Source: Lytechinus pictus (lineage: Eukaryota). Taken from it: a stretch of 64,000 bases of DNA. The position numbers and the translations under genes are program-made. The stretch is from positions 38,006,001 through 38,070,000 of the forward strand of contig NC_087245.1 in NCBI RefSeq assembly GCF_037042905.1. Direction: 5' to 3'. The notes beneath the pieces were generated by a model. It was given only the letters and a program-made list of their open reading frames with translations, ran no database searches and was not told the origin of the DNA. Positions 14,171-27,700 of the stretch are shown here, piece after piece; position 1 is the stretch's first letter, and the number at the start of each line of letters is the position of its first letter.

Positions 14171-15611
14171 AAAGGAATGGTTATGTTAAAAACTGAGCTG
14201 TTCAAACTTCTAGACGGGCTGTACGATATGGTAAATGATATAAAATATTGATACATTAAAACTTCAATGAAAAGATGATATTGGGTCCATAGTATATTAT
14301 GTCTCATATTACTGCATTGTAAAATAGAATAAGGTTTTTGTATGTTTGATGTCTGCTTTGAAATGCTACAGTGAACCAAGGTCATGAATATTACCCCCAT
14401 TACACTGTCAAATTTGCCAAGAATTGAGGCATCAAAGGCTGTGAAAAGATCAACCCGAACCATTCCTCCCTCATCTGTTGCACCTGGGCTCTGTTGCATA
14501 AAAGTTACTATTATGGTAACTGCCACCCAATGGTAACTACCATGGTAACGCTGATCACCAGCCAATCAAAATCAAGGATTCCATGCAAGTTACAATTGCA
14601 TGGCCAAGTTACCATAATGGTAACTTTTATGAAGAAAAGGTGGTTTATGAACATTATTTGACAATGGTTGACAATTATTCAATCAGGGAATGATTTATCG
14701 CCTTGGTTTTTCAGCTGGTGAGAATACCCAAATATGTTCCACTAATATCAGAAATATCAACTGTTCGTTCTTTTTAGTCATTTTTTACTGTCCTTTCATA
14801 CTGCTGGTTACCTATAAGAATTCAAAATAGTATTATTTACATGTGCATTGCAAATAACCTTGAAATTATCTTTTCTCACCCACAATACTTATAACAGCCC
14901 TCAAAATACTGTGATTTTATATTATGTTAACCGTGTAGTATCGTGCAGCCCTGATTGTGAGTAATATTATACATTTTGCCACAACTTGATGAAATAGAAA
15001 GAACAGTTTGTAATGTTTATCCGGAAATTAATTGCCAAATATGCATGTTTTAATAGACTATTTTTAAAGGGTCTGTCTTGTTATTAGATTTTGAATTCCT
15101 CACCCTAGTACAATGCAGTTATATTGATTGTCTAATGAATGGAAAGAAAAAATTGGACATTTCATACATGTACACCTGAATGACTGTATTTTTAACTTTT
15201 AAGACTTACTCAACACTTCAATTAATTATCTTAGGCCTTTGTTTTAAATAAATACCTGACTTAGATTTACATGTATAATAACTTTATGAATATTTTATTC
15301 ACATTTCTCCCTCATGTTCTCGTTTAATTGTAGAATTATTGTTTTTAATTCAATGACAGCTTTTAATTCTGTTCTGAAGCATTTTCAAACTCAGATGTTT
15401 GAGAGAATTTAAAATGTGCATATTAATTTGCAGGTACAATCTATACATGGGCAGAGGAAAGTAATGGATGACAAATGTGATGCGTTGAGTATTGTAACAA
15501 GGGCCTGCCAAATGTCGCTGTCTAATGATGTCATCCAAACAATGAGTGTGTATGTTTATATGACTCTCGCTCAGTCTTCATTGATGTCAACAGGATGTGC
15601 TTCTAGTTTTT

Positions 15612-15793
15612 CTGGTGGGTGTTTCATAAAGCTGTTTGTAAGTTAAGAGCGACTTAAGAATGACTGGTGATCCTTTCTTGTGGTAAATGGTATATTCATT
15701 GGCGATGATTTTAAAGCGTGTAAGAAAGGATCACCAGTCGTTCTTAAAGTCGCTCTTAACTTTATACGAACAGCTTTATGAAACGGCCCCCAG
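15612..15793. mobile_element. Palindromic MITE
   Basis: GTTTCATAAAGCTGTT..AAGAGCGAC..TGGTGATCCTTTCTT is mirrored at the right end. Confidence 0.78.
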
Positions 15794-16073
15794 TTCTGTT
15801 ATTGTAACTCCTATAGGAACTCAGTAGATCAGCTTACTGCAGGTATAATGCCAAGCTGGTATATAACCAATTTCATAGGTTTATGTCTAAGTTAACCAGG
15901 CATAGTGTTATGTTTTTCTCTTTTTATTGAAATCAACTTATTTTTTAAGGGGGGATTTGTCTTTTAAGGTTTGCTCATACATTATGCCCGAGAGTAAAAA
16001 TCGGGTAGACCACTTGGATAGCCCATACACTATACCTCATGTAATTCATTATTTAATTCGTTATACCGAACAA

Positions 16074-17053
16074 TTTTTGTCTCACCTGCATAGCAGAGTG
16101 AGACTATAGGCGCCGCTTTTCCGACGGCGGCGGCGACGGCGATGGCGGCGGCGGCGGCGACGGCGTCAACACCAAATCTTAACCTGAGGTTAAGTTTTTG
16201 AAATGACAGCATAACTTAGAAAGTATATGGACCTAGTTCATGAAACTTGGCCATAAGGTTAATCAAGTATTACTGAACATCCTGCCTGAGTTTCATGTCA
16301 CATGACCAAGGTCAAAGGTCATTTAGGGTCAATGAACTTAGACCATGTTGGGGGAATCAACATCAAAATCTTAACCTAAGGTTAAGTTTTTGAAATGTCA
16401 TCATAACTTAGAAAAATATATGGACCTAGTTCATGAAACTTATACATAAGGTTAATCAAGTATCACTGAACATCCTGCATGAGTTTCACATCACATGACC
16501 AAGGTCAAAGGTCATTTAGGGTCAATGAACTTTGGCCGAATTGGGGGTATCTGTTGAATTACCATCATAACTTTGAAAGTTTATGGATCTGATTCATGAA
16601 ACTTGGACATAATAGTAATCAAGTATTACTGAACATCCTGTGCAAGTTTCAGGTCACATGATCAAGGTCAAAGGTCATTTAGGGTCAATGAACTTTGGCC
16701 AAATTGGGGTATTTGTTGAATTACAGCCATAAATTTGAAAGTGTGTTGGTCTAGTTCATAAAACTTGGACATAATAGTAATCAAGTATCACTGAACATCC
16801 TGTGCGAGTTTCAGGTCACATGATCAAGGTCAAAGGTCATGTAAGGTCAAAGAACTTTGGCCACGTTGGGGGTATTTGTTGAATTGCCATCATATCTCTA
16901 TAAGTGTATTGGTCTAGTTCATAAAACGTGGAAATAAGAGTAACCAAGTATCACTGAACATCTTGTGCGAGTTATAGTAGTTTTCAAAATCAGCACTGCT
17001 GCTATATTGAATCGCGTGATGCAGGTGAGACGGCCAGAGGCATTCCACTTGTT
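16074..17053 (+). mobile_element. Helentron-associated (HINE/Tsp/Pearl-like) element with internal tandem repeats
   Basis: Subterminal IR GTCTCACCTGCAT/ATGCAGGTGAGAC, (GGC)n microsatellite, ~160-190 bp core repeats containing AGGTCAAAGGTCA, and T-rich ends. Confidence 0.8.
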
Positions 17054-19989
17054 AATTGATCCACCTTGTATTAGTTCTTGTATTTGCTATATGATACCAT
17101 CAATGCTTGCATTGACATTTTTAATTCCCTTATATTGTTATGGTGATAAAATCTTAGACAATTTACAACTTTTTAGGAGAGTGTGAAAACAAACTGGGGG
17201 TATTTCACAAAGATTTTAGTACGATTTAGAGTCACACTTCAACGCTGACGTGTACATGATATATAACGCGCAATCTTATTTATCAACTCTTTGAGCAGCG
17301 CTGGGTCATGAGCTCGTCTGTGCTTAATTATTTTCAGGGAGGGAAACAGTGGATTGTTTGTTTCAGCATGAAATGCGAAGTTCATGTGGCACTGTTTGTG
17401 CATTGGTGTGAGGTACACTTGGAAAAGGTTAATATGCAGTAGTGTATCTTTTTCGCATGTAATGCATGTAAGTGCGACTCTTGAGTCATAATTGAATCTG
17501 TGTGAAACACCCCCCTGGTATAGTATTGTTCTCTTCATTACCAGAGTAATAGGCTAGCATTATTTTGCACTTTGAAAGTGTAGACTTAAGGAGCATGATA
17601 TAGCTCAGAGAATGATATATGATTTTCAAAGAGATTCAATTACTAGGTCCCATATCATTGTGGTGAGTGATAGATATTTTATTATTGATTTTCCAATCTA
17701 TTTATCGTAATTCCATCAATTCGCTATTATGATAACATGACTAGTCTCATAACCGATTGTTGTGTATATTTCAGTGTTATAATGAAATTGAATTTCTGTC
17801 ATAATATTTTGAATTTAAATGTGGGAATTTGCATATTTCAAGGGCTAATCAATTATATGGACATTGTTCTCTGTCTTGAACAGGATAAATTCAAATAAAA
17901 TTCTATAAGGACAGCTTCAAAGGAAAATCAGAGTTGTATATATTTATTTTCACTCATATTCTCATTTCCTATGTCAGTTCTTCTCAGCTTTTTTTTTTTC
18001 CTCGGGGGCCCTGTGTGGTTTTATTGATATTTCCAGGCATTTATCTTATTTTCTTCTTATAGAAACACATCAAATAATCACTTTATTTTCAATAGGTCTA
18101 ATTCGTCTAATTACCAACTCGCCTGCTATCGTTTGGTCTACCATCTGTTCGTCAACTATCCACATGGTCTCATTCCCATTTTGTCCACTCACCATTTCGT
18201 CTGATAACCGGTTGGTCCAATAGCCATTTAGTTCATATACCATTTGGTCTAATTAGACTGAGTGTTAATTGGGCAAAGTGAATGAAAATGATAGGTATTA
18301 GATGATGTGGTCATAAATGATTATTGGACCGAATGGTTGATAGATTAAATGTTGATGGATGAAATGGCTTTAAAGTAAATGAAGGTGGACCATATGATGA
18401 GTGGACGAGTTGGCGATAGATGAATTGGAAATTTACCAAATATTCCTAAGACACAGGTGAGAACTTGCAGTTCATATTTCTAAAAGTTAAATCAATACTA
18501 AACAATGCCTTCAACCCTATTCGAAGTCAATCAAACTGTTCTTTCTTTGTTAGAACGGTCCATTTTCAGGTAGACTTAATGAGCTTGGAAAACTTAACTG
18601 CTCAAAAATTAATCATCTCAAAACCAACCATAATCACCACTCACATTCATACATGAGCCAAGCTCTAAGTTGTGAGAAAAAACACCAAGAACAGACAGCT
18701 CGAAAAAAATCTTTTTCAGGTGACCTTTGGAGTGCACTGGACACTCATTCAGAAATAAAAAGAAAAAAAACATTCAAACAATTGGAAACTTCAAATTTTT
18801 TATTCAACAATCACAGGTAAATATATATATATCGTTCAAGAAATATGTCGAAAAGTCCATGAATTGGCATAAAACAATAAATAATGAAATTTTCAAACAA
18901 AGTAAATGGCAAAAACACATTCACTCATTGACTTTCATTATTTATCGTTATTTTACAAAATACAGACAGGCATGTTAAGTTCATATATAATTTGTCATCA
19001 AACCAATTTTAAGATCATGCATAATACAGGTATGGCATGATAGATTGATTATTCATGGTTAGTCTAACGTAGAGTGAGATTTAAAAAAAAAAAGAATACA
19101 GCTAGATTAATGATGTGCAGACAGCACCCGCATCCATAATATTGTTATATCGAGAGTAATCTTAACTTGTAAAAAAAATTGCCAAAAAGCTGTGATTTTT
19201 CTTAAATAGAAAGTAGAGCATAATAAATTCTTGTAATAAACATAGGTATCACAGCCATATACACATACTCAAACTTTTAAACTGAAATAGTTGCTTCCTA
19301 AACAAACTTATATAAAATAGTTCTCATTATTTTATGTCTGGTGTCGGACATAAAGGAGGAGTGAAAAGCAAACTAAATCATTACGACCCGCGGGTCTCTC
19401 ATCCCAGCATAACTGATTCCCCTATCTTGTAACCTGAATACATGTATCTAAGGTATAGTTTTTTGGTCATAATTCTCATATTCCAAGACTTACGGACAGA
19501 TGGAAGCTATTATGTAGTCCATACCTGCCAACTCTGATGGTCAAGAAATAGGAACAAAACACTAAGAAATTCCCAGAAATTTGAACATTCTTAAATTTTT
19601 ATTCAATACTACTATAGATAATTTTTCACAGAAATAGGAAAACATGGAGAAAATGACTATTTTCTTTTTCTCTCAAATAGGGATGTTCCTATTTAACAGG
19701 AACACTGGGCAAGTTTGGTTATCTAAACTGTAGGACTTGCCAATTTCACATTATAAATAAATACTTGAATGTAGGGGACACAAAATAAACTAATTGAACA
19801 TGGTAAAGTAGTCCAAAATCACATTTCAATTTCATTCACATTCTCAAATATACATAATTCATCACACAGATTTTGCTGAAAGAGCATTCAGTAAAGCAAG
19901 GGTTTAACTGGTGTCCACAGCAGAATCTATAAACTCAATCACAGCTCTAGCTAAGCAAAGTATTCATTCAGAAAGCATAAAAAGACTGG

Positions 19990-20625
19990 GTCCTCATGTT
20001 TTTGTTGACCTCTGGTATACTGGGTTCATCTTCAATTGAGGTGGCTTCGGGGAGTGGTTCACTTAAGTCTGGTCTTCCCCCGTGTATCCTCCAGAAACTG
20101 ATATGACCAATCCACCAATCAAATGGTACAATGAGAGAAGATGCTCATGAAACTGGTGCTTTGTCAACCTCAAGTATCTTGAGTTCATCTTTTGATTGAG
20201 ACAGCTTTTGGAGTCTGCAATATCCCCTGTAGGTCCTCATGAAACTGTCACTTTGTCAACCTCAGGTATATTGAGTTCATCTTCAGTAGAGGCAGCTTTT
20301 AGAGTCTGCAATATCCCCCAGTAGGTCCTTGTGAAACTGGTGCGAACAAGTAATAAATCATATATTACAATGAGAGTAGACACTTGTTAAACTGGTACTT
20401 TGTCAACCTTGAGTTCATCTTTTAATTGACACAGCTTTTGGTGTCTACAATCTCCCCAGTAGGTCCTCATGAAAATGGTGCGACCAAGCAATGAATCAAA
20501 TATTACAATCAGAGAGTACGGTAGACTCTCATGAAACTGGCACTTTGTCGACCTCAGGGATGTTGAGTTCATCTTCAATGGAGGCAGCTTTCGGGAGTGG
20601 TTCATCAGAGTCTGGTATCCCACCA
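19990..20625. repeat. Degenerate tandem copies of the UQCC1 C-terminal coding end in its 3' UTR
   Basis: CATGAAACTGG..CTTTGTC(A/G)ACCT..TTGAGTTCATCTT recurs at about 19994, 20146, 20238, 20386 and 20530. Confidence 0.85.
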
Positions 20626-21764
20626 GTGTAAGGTTGCCATTTGATCCGACCAACCTGAAGAAGTTTACTGCTGTCTAGACTGTCGAGGTATTGAACCTGT
20701 CAAGCGTAGAAACAAAGACAATGTAACATTAACCGAGTGAAACATAAAATGGCATGTCTAGATGCAGTATATATAAAAAACAAGTGAAATGCCCCTGGCA
20801 GTCTCACCAGCATTTATGCATTTCAATATAGCAGCAGCAGTGTTGACTTGTGACATTGGAATATAAACAAGTGGAATGCCTCTGGCCGTCTCACCTGCAT
20901 CACGCGATTCAATATAGCAGCAGTGCTGATTTTGAAAACTACTATAACTCGCACAAGATGTTCAGTGATACTTGGTTACTCTTATTTCCACGTTTTATGA
21001 ACTAGACCAATACACTTATAGAGATATGATGGCAATTCAACAAATACCCCCAACGTGGCCAAAGTTCTTTGACCTTACATGACCTTTGACCTTGATCATG
21101 TGACCTGAAACTCGCACAGGATGTTCAGTGATACTTGATTACTATTATGTCCAAGTTTTATGAACTAGACCAACACACTTTCAAATTTATGGCTGTAATT
21201 CAACAAATACCCCAATTTGGCCAAAGTTCATTGACCCTAAATGACCTTTGACCTTGATCATGTGACCTGAAACTTGCACAGGATGTTCAGTAATACTTGA
21301 TTACTATTATGTCCAAGTTTCATGAATCAGATCCATAAACTTTCAAAGTTATGATGGTAATTCAACAGATACCCCCAATTCGGCCAAAGTTCATTGACCC
21401 TAAATGACCTTTGACCTTGGTCATGTGACGTGAAACTCATGCAGGATGTTCAGTGATACTTGATTATCCTTATGTATAAGTTTCATGAACTAGGTCCATA
21501 TATTTTCTAAGTTATGATGACATTTCAAAAACTTAACCTTAGGTTAAGATTTTGATGTTGATTCCCCCAACATGGTCTAAGTTCATTGACCCTAAATGAC
21601 CTTTGACCTTGGTCATGTGACATGAAACTCAGGCAGGATGTTCAGTAATACTTGATTAACCTTATGGCCAAGTTTCATGAACTAGGTCCATATACTTTCT
21701 AAGTTATGCTGTCATTTCAAAAACTTAACCTCAGGTTAAGATTTGGTGTTGACGCCGCCGTCGC

Positions 21765-21795
<31 letters not shown>

Positions 21796-24700
21796 GTCGC
21801 CGTCGGAAAAGCGGCGCCTATAGTCTCACTCTGCTATGCAGGTGAGACAAAAATCTTTCTCAGTTACCCATTGAATAACTTAATCCAAGGCCAAAAATGA
21901 CCAAGGCTATGGGTGCCCAGTTGACTTGGCTCTATCCAGATCTACATTTAATTGGTTCTGGAAATTTTGGTGGCGATTTAATTTTCCTCATTTGTGTTAG
22001 AATTAAATAATTCTAAATTAAGCATCATTTGTAATAGCAGTTAATTATGTATGCGTGTGGGGGGGGGGATTTAGGATGGTAGAAGTTATTCTTGATGAGG
22101 AAAATGGTTAGATTGATAGCTGTTGCCTGATATATTGACTGTGTGTGAGCATGAATGAGAATGGTAGAGGGTATTCTTGGTAAGGAGAATGATTAGATTG
22201 GTAGCTATTGGTTGACATAGTGACAGTGTGTGTGGGTGGTAGAGGGTATTCCTGATGAGGAGAATGGTTAGATTGTTGCCTGACAAACTGACTGTGTGTG
22301 TGGGTGGTAGAGGGTATTCTTGATGAGAGCACAGATTGGTAGCTGTTAGCTGTGTGTGTGTGGGTGGGTGTGGGTGGTAGAGGTTATGGTTGAAGAGGAG
22401 AATGGTAAGATTGGTAGCTGTTGCCTGACATATGGACTGTGTGTGGGCATGAATGAGAATGGTAGAGGGTATTCTTGGTAAGAATGATTAGATTGGTAGC
22501 TGTTGGCTGACATAGTGACTGTGTGTGTGTGTGGGTGTTAGAGGGTATTCCTGATGAGGAGAATGGTTAGATTGATAGCTGTTGCCTGACATATTGACTG
22601 TGTGTGAGCATGAATGAGAATGGTAGAGGGTATTCTTGGTAAGGAGAATGATTAGATTGGTAGCTGTTGGTTGACATAGTGACAGTGTGTGTGGGTGGTA
22701 GAAGGTATTCTTGATGAGGAGAATGGTTAGATTGATAGCTGTTGACTGATATATTGACTGTGTGTGAGCATGAATGAGAATGGTAGAGGGTATTCTTGGT
22801 AAGGAGAATGATTAGATTGGTAGCTGTTGGCTGACATAGTGACAGTGTGTGTGGGTGGTAGAGGGTATTCTTGATGAGGAGAATGGTTAGATTGGTAGCT
22901 GTTGGCTGACATAGTGACTGTGTGTGTGTGTGTGCATGTGGGTGATAGAGGGTATTCTTGATGAGGAGAGTGGTTAGATTGGAACTTGTCACCTGACATA
23001 TTGACTGTGTGTGGGTGGTAGGGGGTAATCTTGATGGCGAGAAAGGTTAGATTGGTACCTGTTGCCTGACATATTGACTGTGGGTGTGCATGTGGGTGAT
23101 AGAGGGCATTCTTGACAAGGAGAGTGGTTAGATTGGAACTTGTTGCCTGACATATTGACTGTGTGAGGGTGTGGAAGGGGGTGTGTGTGTGTGGGTGACA
23201 TTGTTGATGAGGGGAATGGTTACCTGTTGCCTGACATATTCAACCATATTAGCCAATCGCTCTGGATCATCACAGTTTCGAAGGAAAAGGTTCCTCCACA
23301 ACGCAGCTGCTAATACCTTGTCATTTGACAGTAATCCCTAAAAGAGAGAGAGAGATAAAAAAAAAGGATCCATCAAAGTACATCTGGGAGGATCAAGGAA
23401 GGTACAACCAAAGAAGACATGGAAGGAGCAAGTGAAGGACGAGAGTAGGAGGGTTCTTGGGTTGAGGATGGGGGATGCATCAAAATGAGCAGAGGAGATA
23501 AGAGATTGCTCCTAGTGGAAGATAAATCCAGCCATCTCTTTTCACAGGACACAACTAGATTCAAATTTGATTTTTACTTGATAAACTCAGTTTGTAAATA
23601 TATGGTCCAAACACAAATAAATAAGTGATGCAAGACCTATGACTGCAGACAAAGAAGTTCTATTCAAATAGACCTGGGAGGGATTTCACAAGAGGAAAAG
23701 TGTGACTTAAAAGAGTCTTGCTTAAATGCAACACGAAAACAGTATCTAACATGCGATTTCATTGATGACAGCAAGACAGTGCATGTTCTCTGCGCATGAT
23801 CTGACCAATGTGGTGATGCGTTATACACCATAGGCAACTGGAAATTCAAGTGCCATTTTTAGTCACACTTATACCTCTATGAAACGAAACGTCCCTATGG
23901 ACAGAAAAACTTTCATGCATTAATTCAAGTAACAAAGAGTTGCGATTGATCCAATCAACCACAACTATGGACGCCCAGCAACGTCAACATCTAAAATGCA
24001 AGTTAGTTCAAAATACTTTCTAGATATGATGTTCATTCATACATCCATCATTCTCTTGAAAATATTCAGTGTGATTCTCTTTGTTAAAGTAGGAGTTTGT
24101 GCAAATTTCCTGTAGAAACAAATTATAGTATGGATGGATTTCCATGAAGTTGAGATTGATTTGATCAATCGTAACTCATTGTAAGACGGGGCCCAGATAA
24201 TTAATAGTTTTATTCTTACCTCATCATAGGCAAAGAGGGCACCATTGAACTGCTCGACCATCTTAGACAAACTCTCCTTCATCTTAACTGATGGAATCTA
24301 GGAAGAAAAAAAAAAGATTCTCAATTTATGAACCTTTGATACCTAATCCATGGAGCGGATATAATTTCAATTTTTATTTCTTTTCATCAATATCTATATT
24401 TTCAGTGGTTGGGGGAGTGGGTTTAAAGTATAAGGGCTGCATCCATTTGCACTGACATACATGTATATATCTCATCTACCCTAAAAAGAGAAAACTGTCA
24501 CTAATAAAAATAACATGCAATAATTACATAGATTTTAATACAATGTTTCCAAGTGCTGCTTATTATAACCCGGCTTTAGCATGTCTACCCTGATCGGGCA
24601 CTCAAGCATTCAAGGAATTCTTTCCTACCAGGTATCCATTTATTTCACCTAGATGGAGATTGGCAAATGTATATAAATGCCTTAACAAAGGATGAGTGCT

Positions 24701-27700
24701 GTGGTGAGAATTGAACCCTAGAACTTGTGGTCCTAAGTCTAGAGACTTATCCACTCGGCCACAGCACCTCTCTAATAAGCAAGAAGAGAATAGTACTTAC
24801 CCCCATGAGCTTCCCTCGAGCCTGAATATCGTGCCACATTGAGAGGATAAGATAGTGAGTCATGTATTTCCCTTCACGTCCTTCTTGCTTTAATCTCACC
24901 ATGCACATCCTATAAATAGAACAAAAATAAAACAAATAATGTATCATGCCATTAGTCAAAGCAGTACCAAATAGTTTAATGTTGGAGAATTTATGGGAAA
25001 TTCATTTGTTTCTGTGTCGATCTGAATGTAGCTATCAGTCCAAAGTGAGGTTGAGTGTGTCCATTCATTTTACTGAGGAAGTGATAGTCTATCCATCCGC
25101 TGCAACCATAAGGCGATTATTTGCTTTATAATCCACATTTGGGATTGAAACTAGAGCATTAAGACTTAAATTAAAGGGAAAAATAAACTTAAAATTAATC
25201 ATCAAGTTGAATTCAGGCAGAGCTAAGAGAGTTAAATTTCTTTTCGAAGTACTTCCATGTGTGCTTTTAGTATTTTTTCAACATATGATGGCAGACACAT
25301 CGAAACAAATTAACCCATACGACATCATTGATATCAAGTCATCTTGCTTTCAAAGAAACAATGAAGCTCCAATGTACAGCACGGAGTACATCCTCACCCA
25401 CATTTCTTTAATTTTGCATTTTTTTGTCGTTAGATTCACAAATGATCCAAAATAAATTAGCGAACAATAACAAAAGATTGCACCATTATACACAAATATT
25501 CCCCAGCTCTTTAATCTGACATATCGGTAGGTGATTTAGAGAAGAAAGAGAATGAAAGATTGAATGAAATTTTTTTTTTCACTGGGTAGCTTACCATACA
25601 TGAAGCTCCATGATTAAGAACCATGAAAATAGAGTATCAGGCATGTTGCATGCTGTGGGTTGAACAATACAGACAAAATGGTCAAGTATCAATCATCAAT
25701 CGTAGGCTACTCATTTAAACATAAGTGCAAGTTGTGGTAACAATCTAAAAATTACTTAAAACAGAATCCAATAAAATGATCCCCCAAGTGTTTGTATATG
25801 CCTAGTCATTCAGGTAGAAAATGTGTAATTTCTTTATAGAAATGGTGTAAATGAACATGGTATTTCAACCAGGTGTTGGATCTTTTTTCCAAGCAATACA
25901 GTAATAATACACTGTCCCACACAATGCTCATGATCTTCATAATTGATAATTTTTCGGCTCAGATTTCATGATTTTGCAGAGTAATGTTAAAACATTTACA
26001 GGGGAAAGCAAAATTAAATGTTGCAATATTTATCAAATACGATTTTTAATTACTTGAGTGGCCGCATGTGGCCTAACTGTGACACTTAACACAAATAAAA
26101 TATTCCCCCCAACCTACTCTTGGAAGTGTGTGGAAATTTGTAAAATGCTGATTTGAAAATTGTCAAATTCTGGGGTTTTTCACTTTAAAACTGTTAACAT
26201 ACAATATTTCAGCCAATATCAGGACACAATAATGCTCTGAGATATACTTCTTGATGTGTTCAATAACCACATTTCAAAATTGAAATTTAAAATGTTACTA
26301 TTTCTCAATGATCTATTTTAACACAAATAACCCTCCCCATGAAACTGGCGGCATCACATGTCGCCACCACAGGCTACAGTGCATGTATTCTTTTGTACTT
26401 CTTTAGAAATTCGAAGCTACATGAAATAATTTGCAGTTTGTTATCACTCCACGTGTAAATGAATCCGATCTAGATCTACAAATTATGACATGGTGAAAAT
26501 TAACCTTGATTTTAAAGACTTTCTTATAAAATCATTCTGTTGCAACTACATGTGTTTAGCTACACTTTTATCAAATCATTAAATATATATTTTATTTAAC
26601 ATCCTCTACATTATAGGCATGCACATTCATGTAATCTATAAATTGGAATGGGTCTAGAGACATGAACTTTGGGGATTTACAAAAACTGAAGATACATGTA
26701 AGCTTTAACTTTACTCACCTCTAAATAATGTTATAGGGCATACACATTCAAGTAATCTATGAATTGAAATAGAGACATGTACTTTGGGGGATTTACCAAA
26801 ACAGAAGATAAGCTTTACTCACCTCTAAAGAATGTTTCAAAATCATACCCATCTGCACAAGCTTGATACATATTCAGTCCAGCAACTCTCATTTTCTGTG
26901 AAAATAATGAAAATAAAACTGACACTGACATGATCATTTTCCTTCAATATGTATTTTAGTACTTTTTTTGCATTTAAGTTGATGACCTACTCATTAATAT
27001 TAACTATGTGCATGTGTGTGTGTGTGTGTGTGTGTGTGCATGTATGTGTGTTTGTAAATAGTTTTCCATTCTAACATCTTAACCTTATTTTATTTTGTAG
27101 ATTAGTACATCCTACTGAAGACGGACAGTCAACCTATCCGAAACGTCGAGTCTCTCTACTACTCATCATCTCTACTCGCCGACGCAAGCCAGCATCTCCT
27201 CACTAGCTCTACTACTCAAGCTGTTCTCTACTACTCAATCTTTCCTGGTTTACAGTCCTTTTCAGGACTACTTTCAAGAAAGAATACTCTACTCTCAAAT
27301 CTCCACTTTCTCGCCTATCCATTTCTTCTCTCCTTCTATCCACTGTTTCTATAACACTCCACATGGTGTACCGTAAACCACATCAGCGATAACCATATTA
27401 AGTATTCCAAGGCCCCACTCATAAGCCTTGCTTTTATATGGGTCCTAAAACCAATTTGTCTATAATCTAATTGATACGTGTTTATGTACTCATTTGCATT
27501 GTATAAATATTTATTCTGATTAAAATCTGAATTTTTTGGGGTTTTAAATAAATAAACTTGAACATTCAAACAGCTTTCGCAGCATGATTCTTTTTCCACA
27601 TTTTCAATGGGTGCAGTATTGCTAAATAGAGCTGAATTTCTGAAAAGACAAGTCCACCTCAGAAAAATGTTGATTTGAATCAAAAGAGAAAGATCAAACA

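Noticed and set aside
22086-23201. Several His/Thr-rich ORFs on the minus strand
   Set aside because: Translations of the intronic minisatellite.
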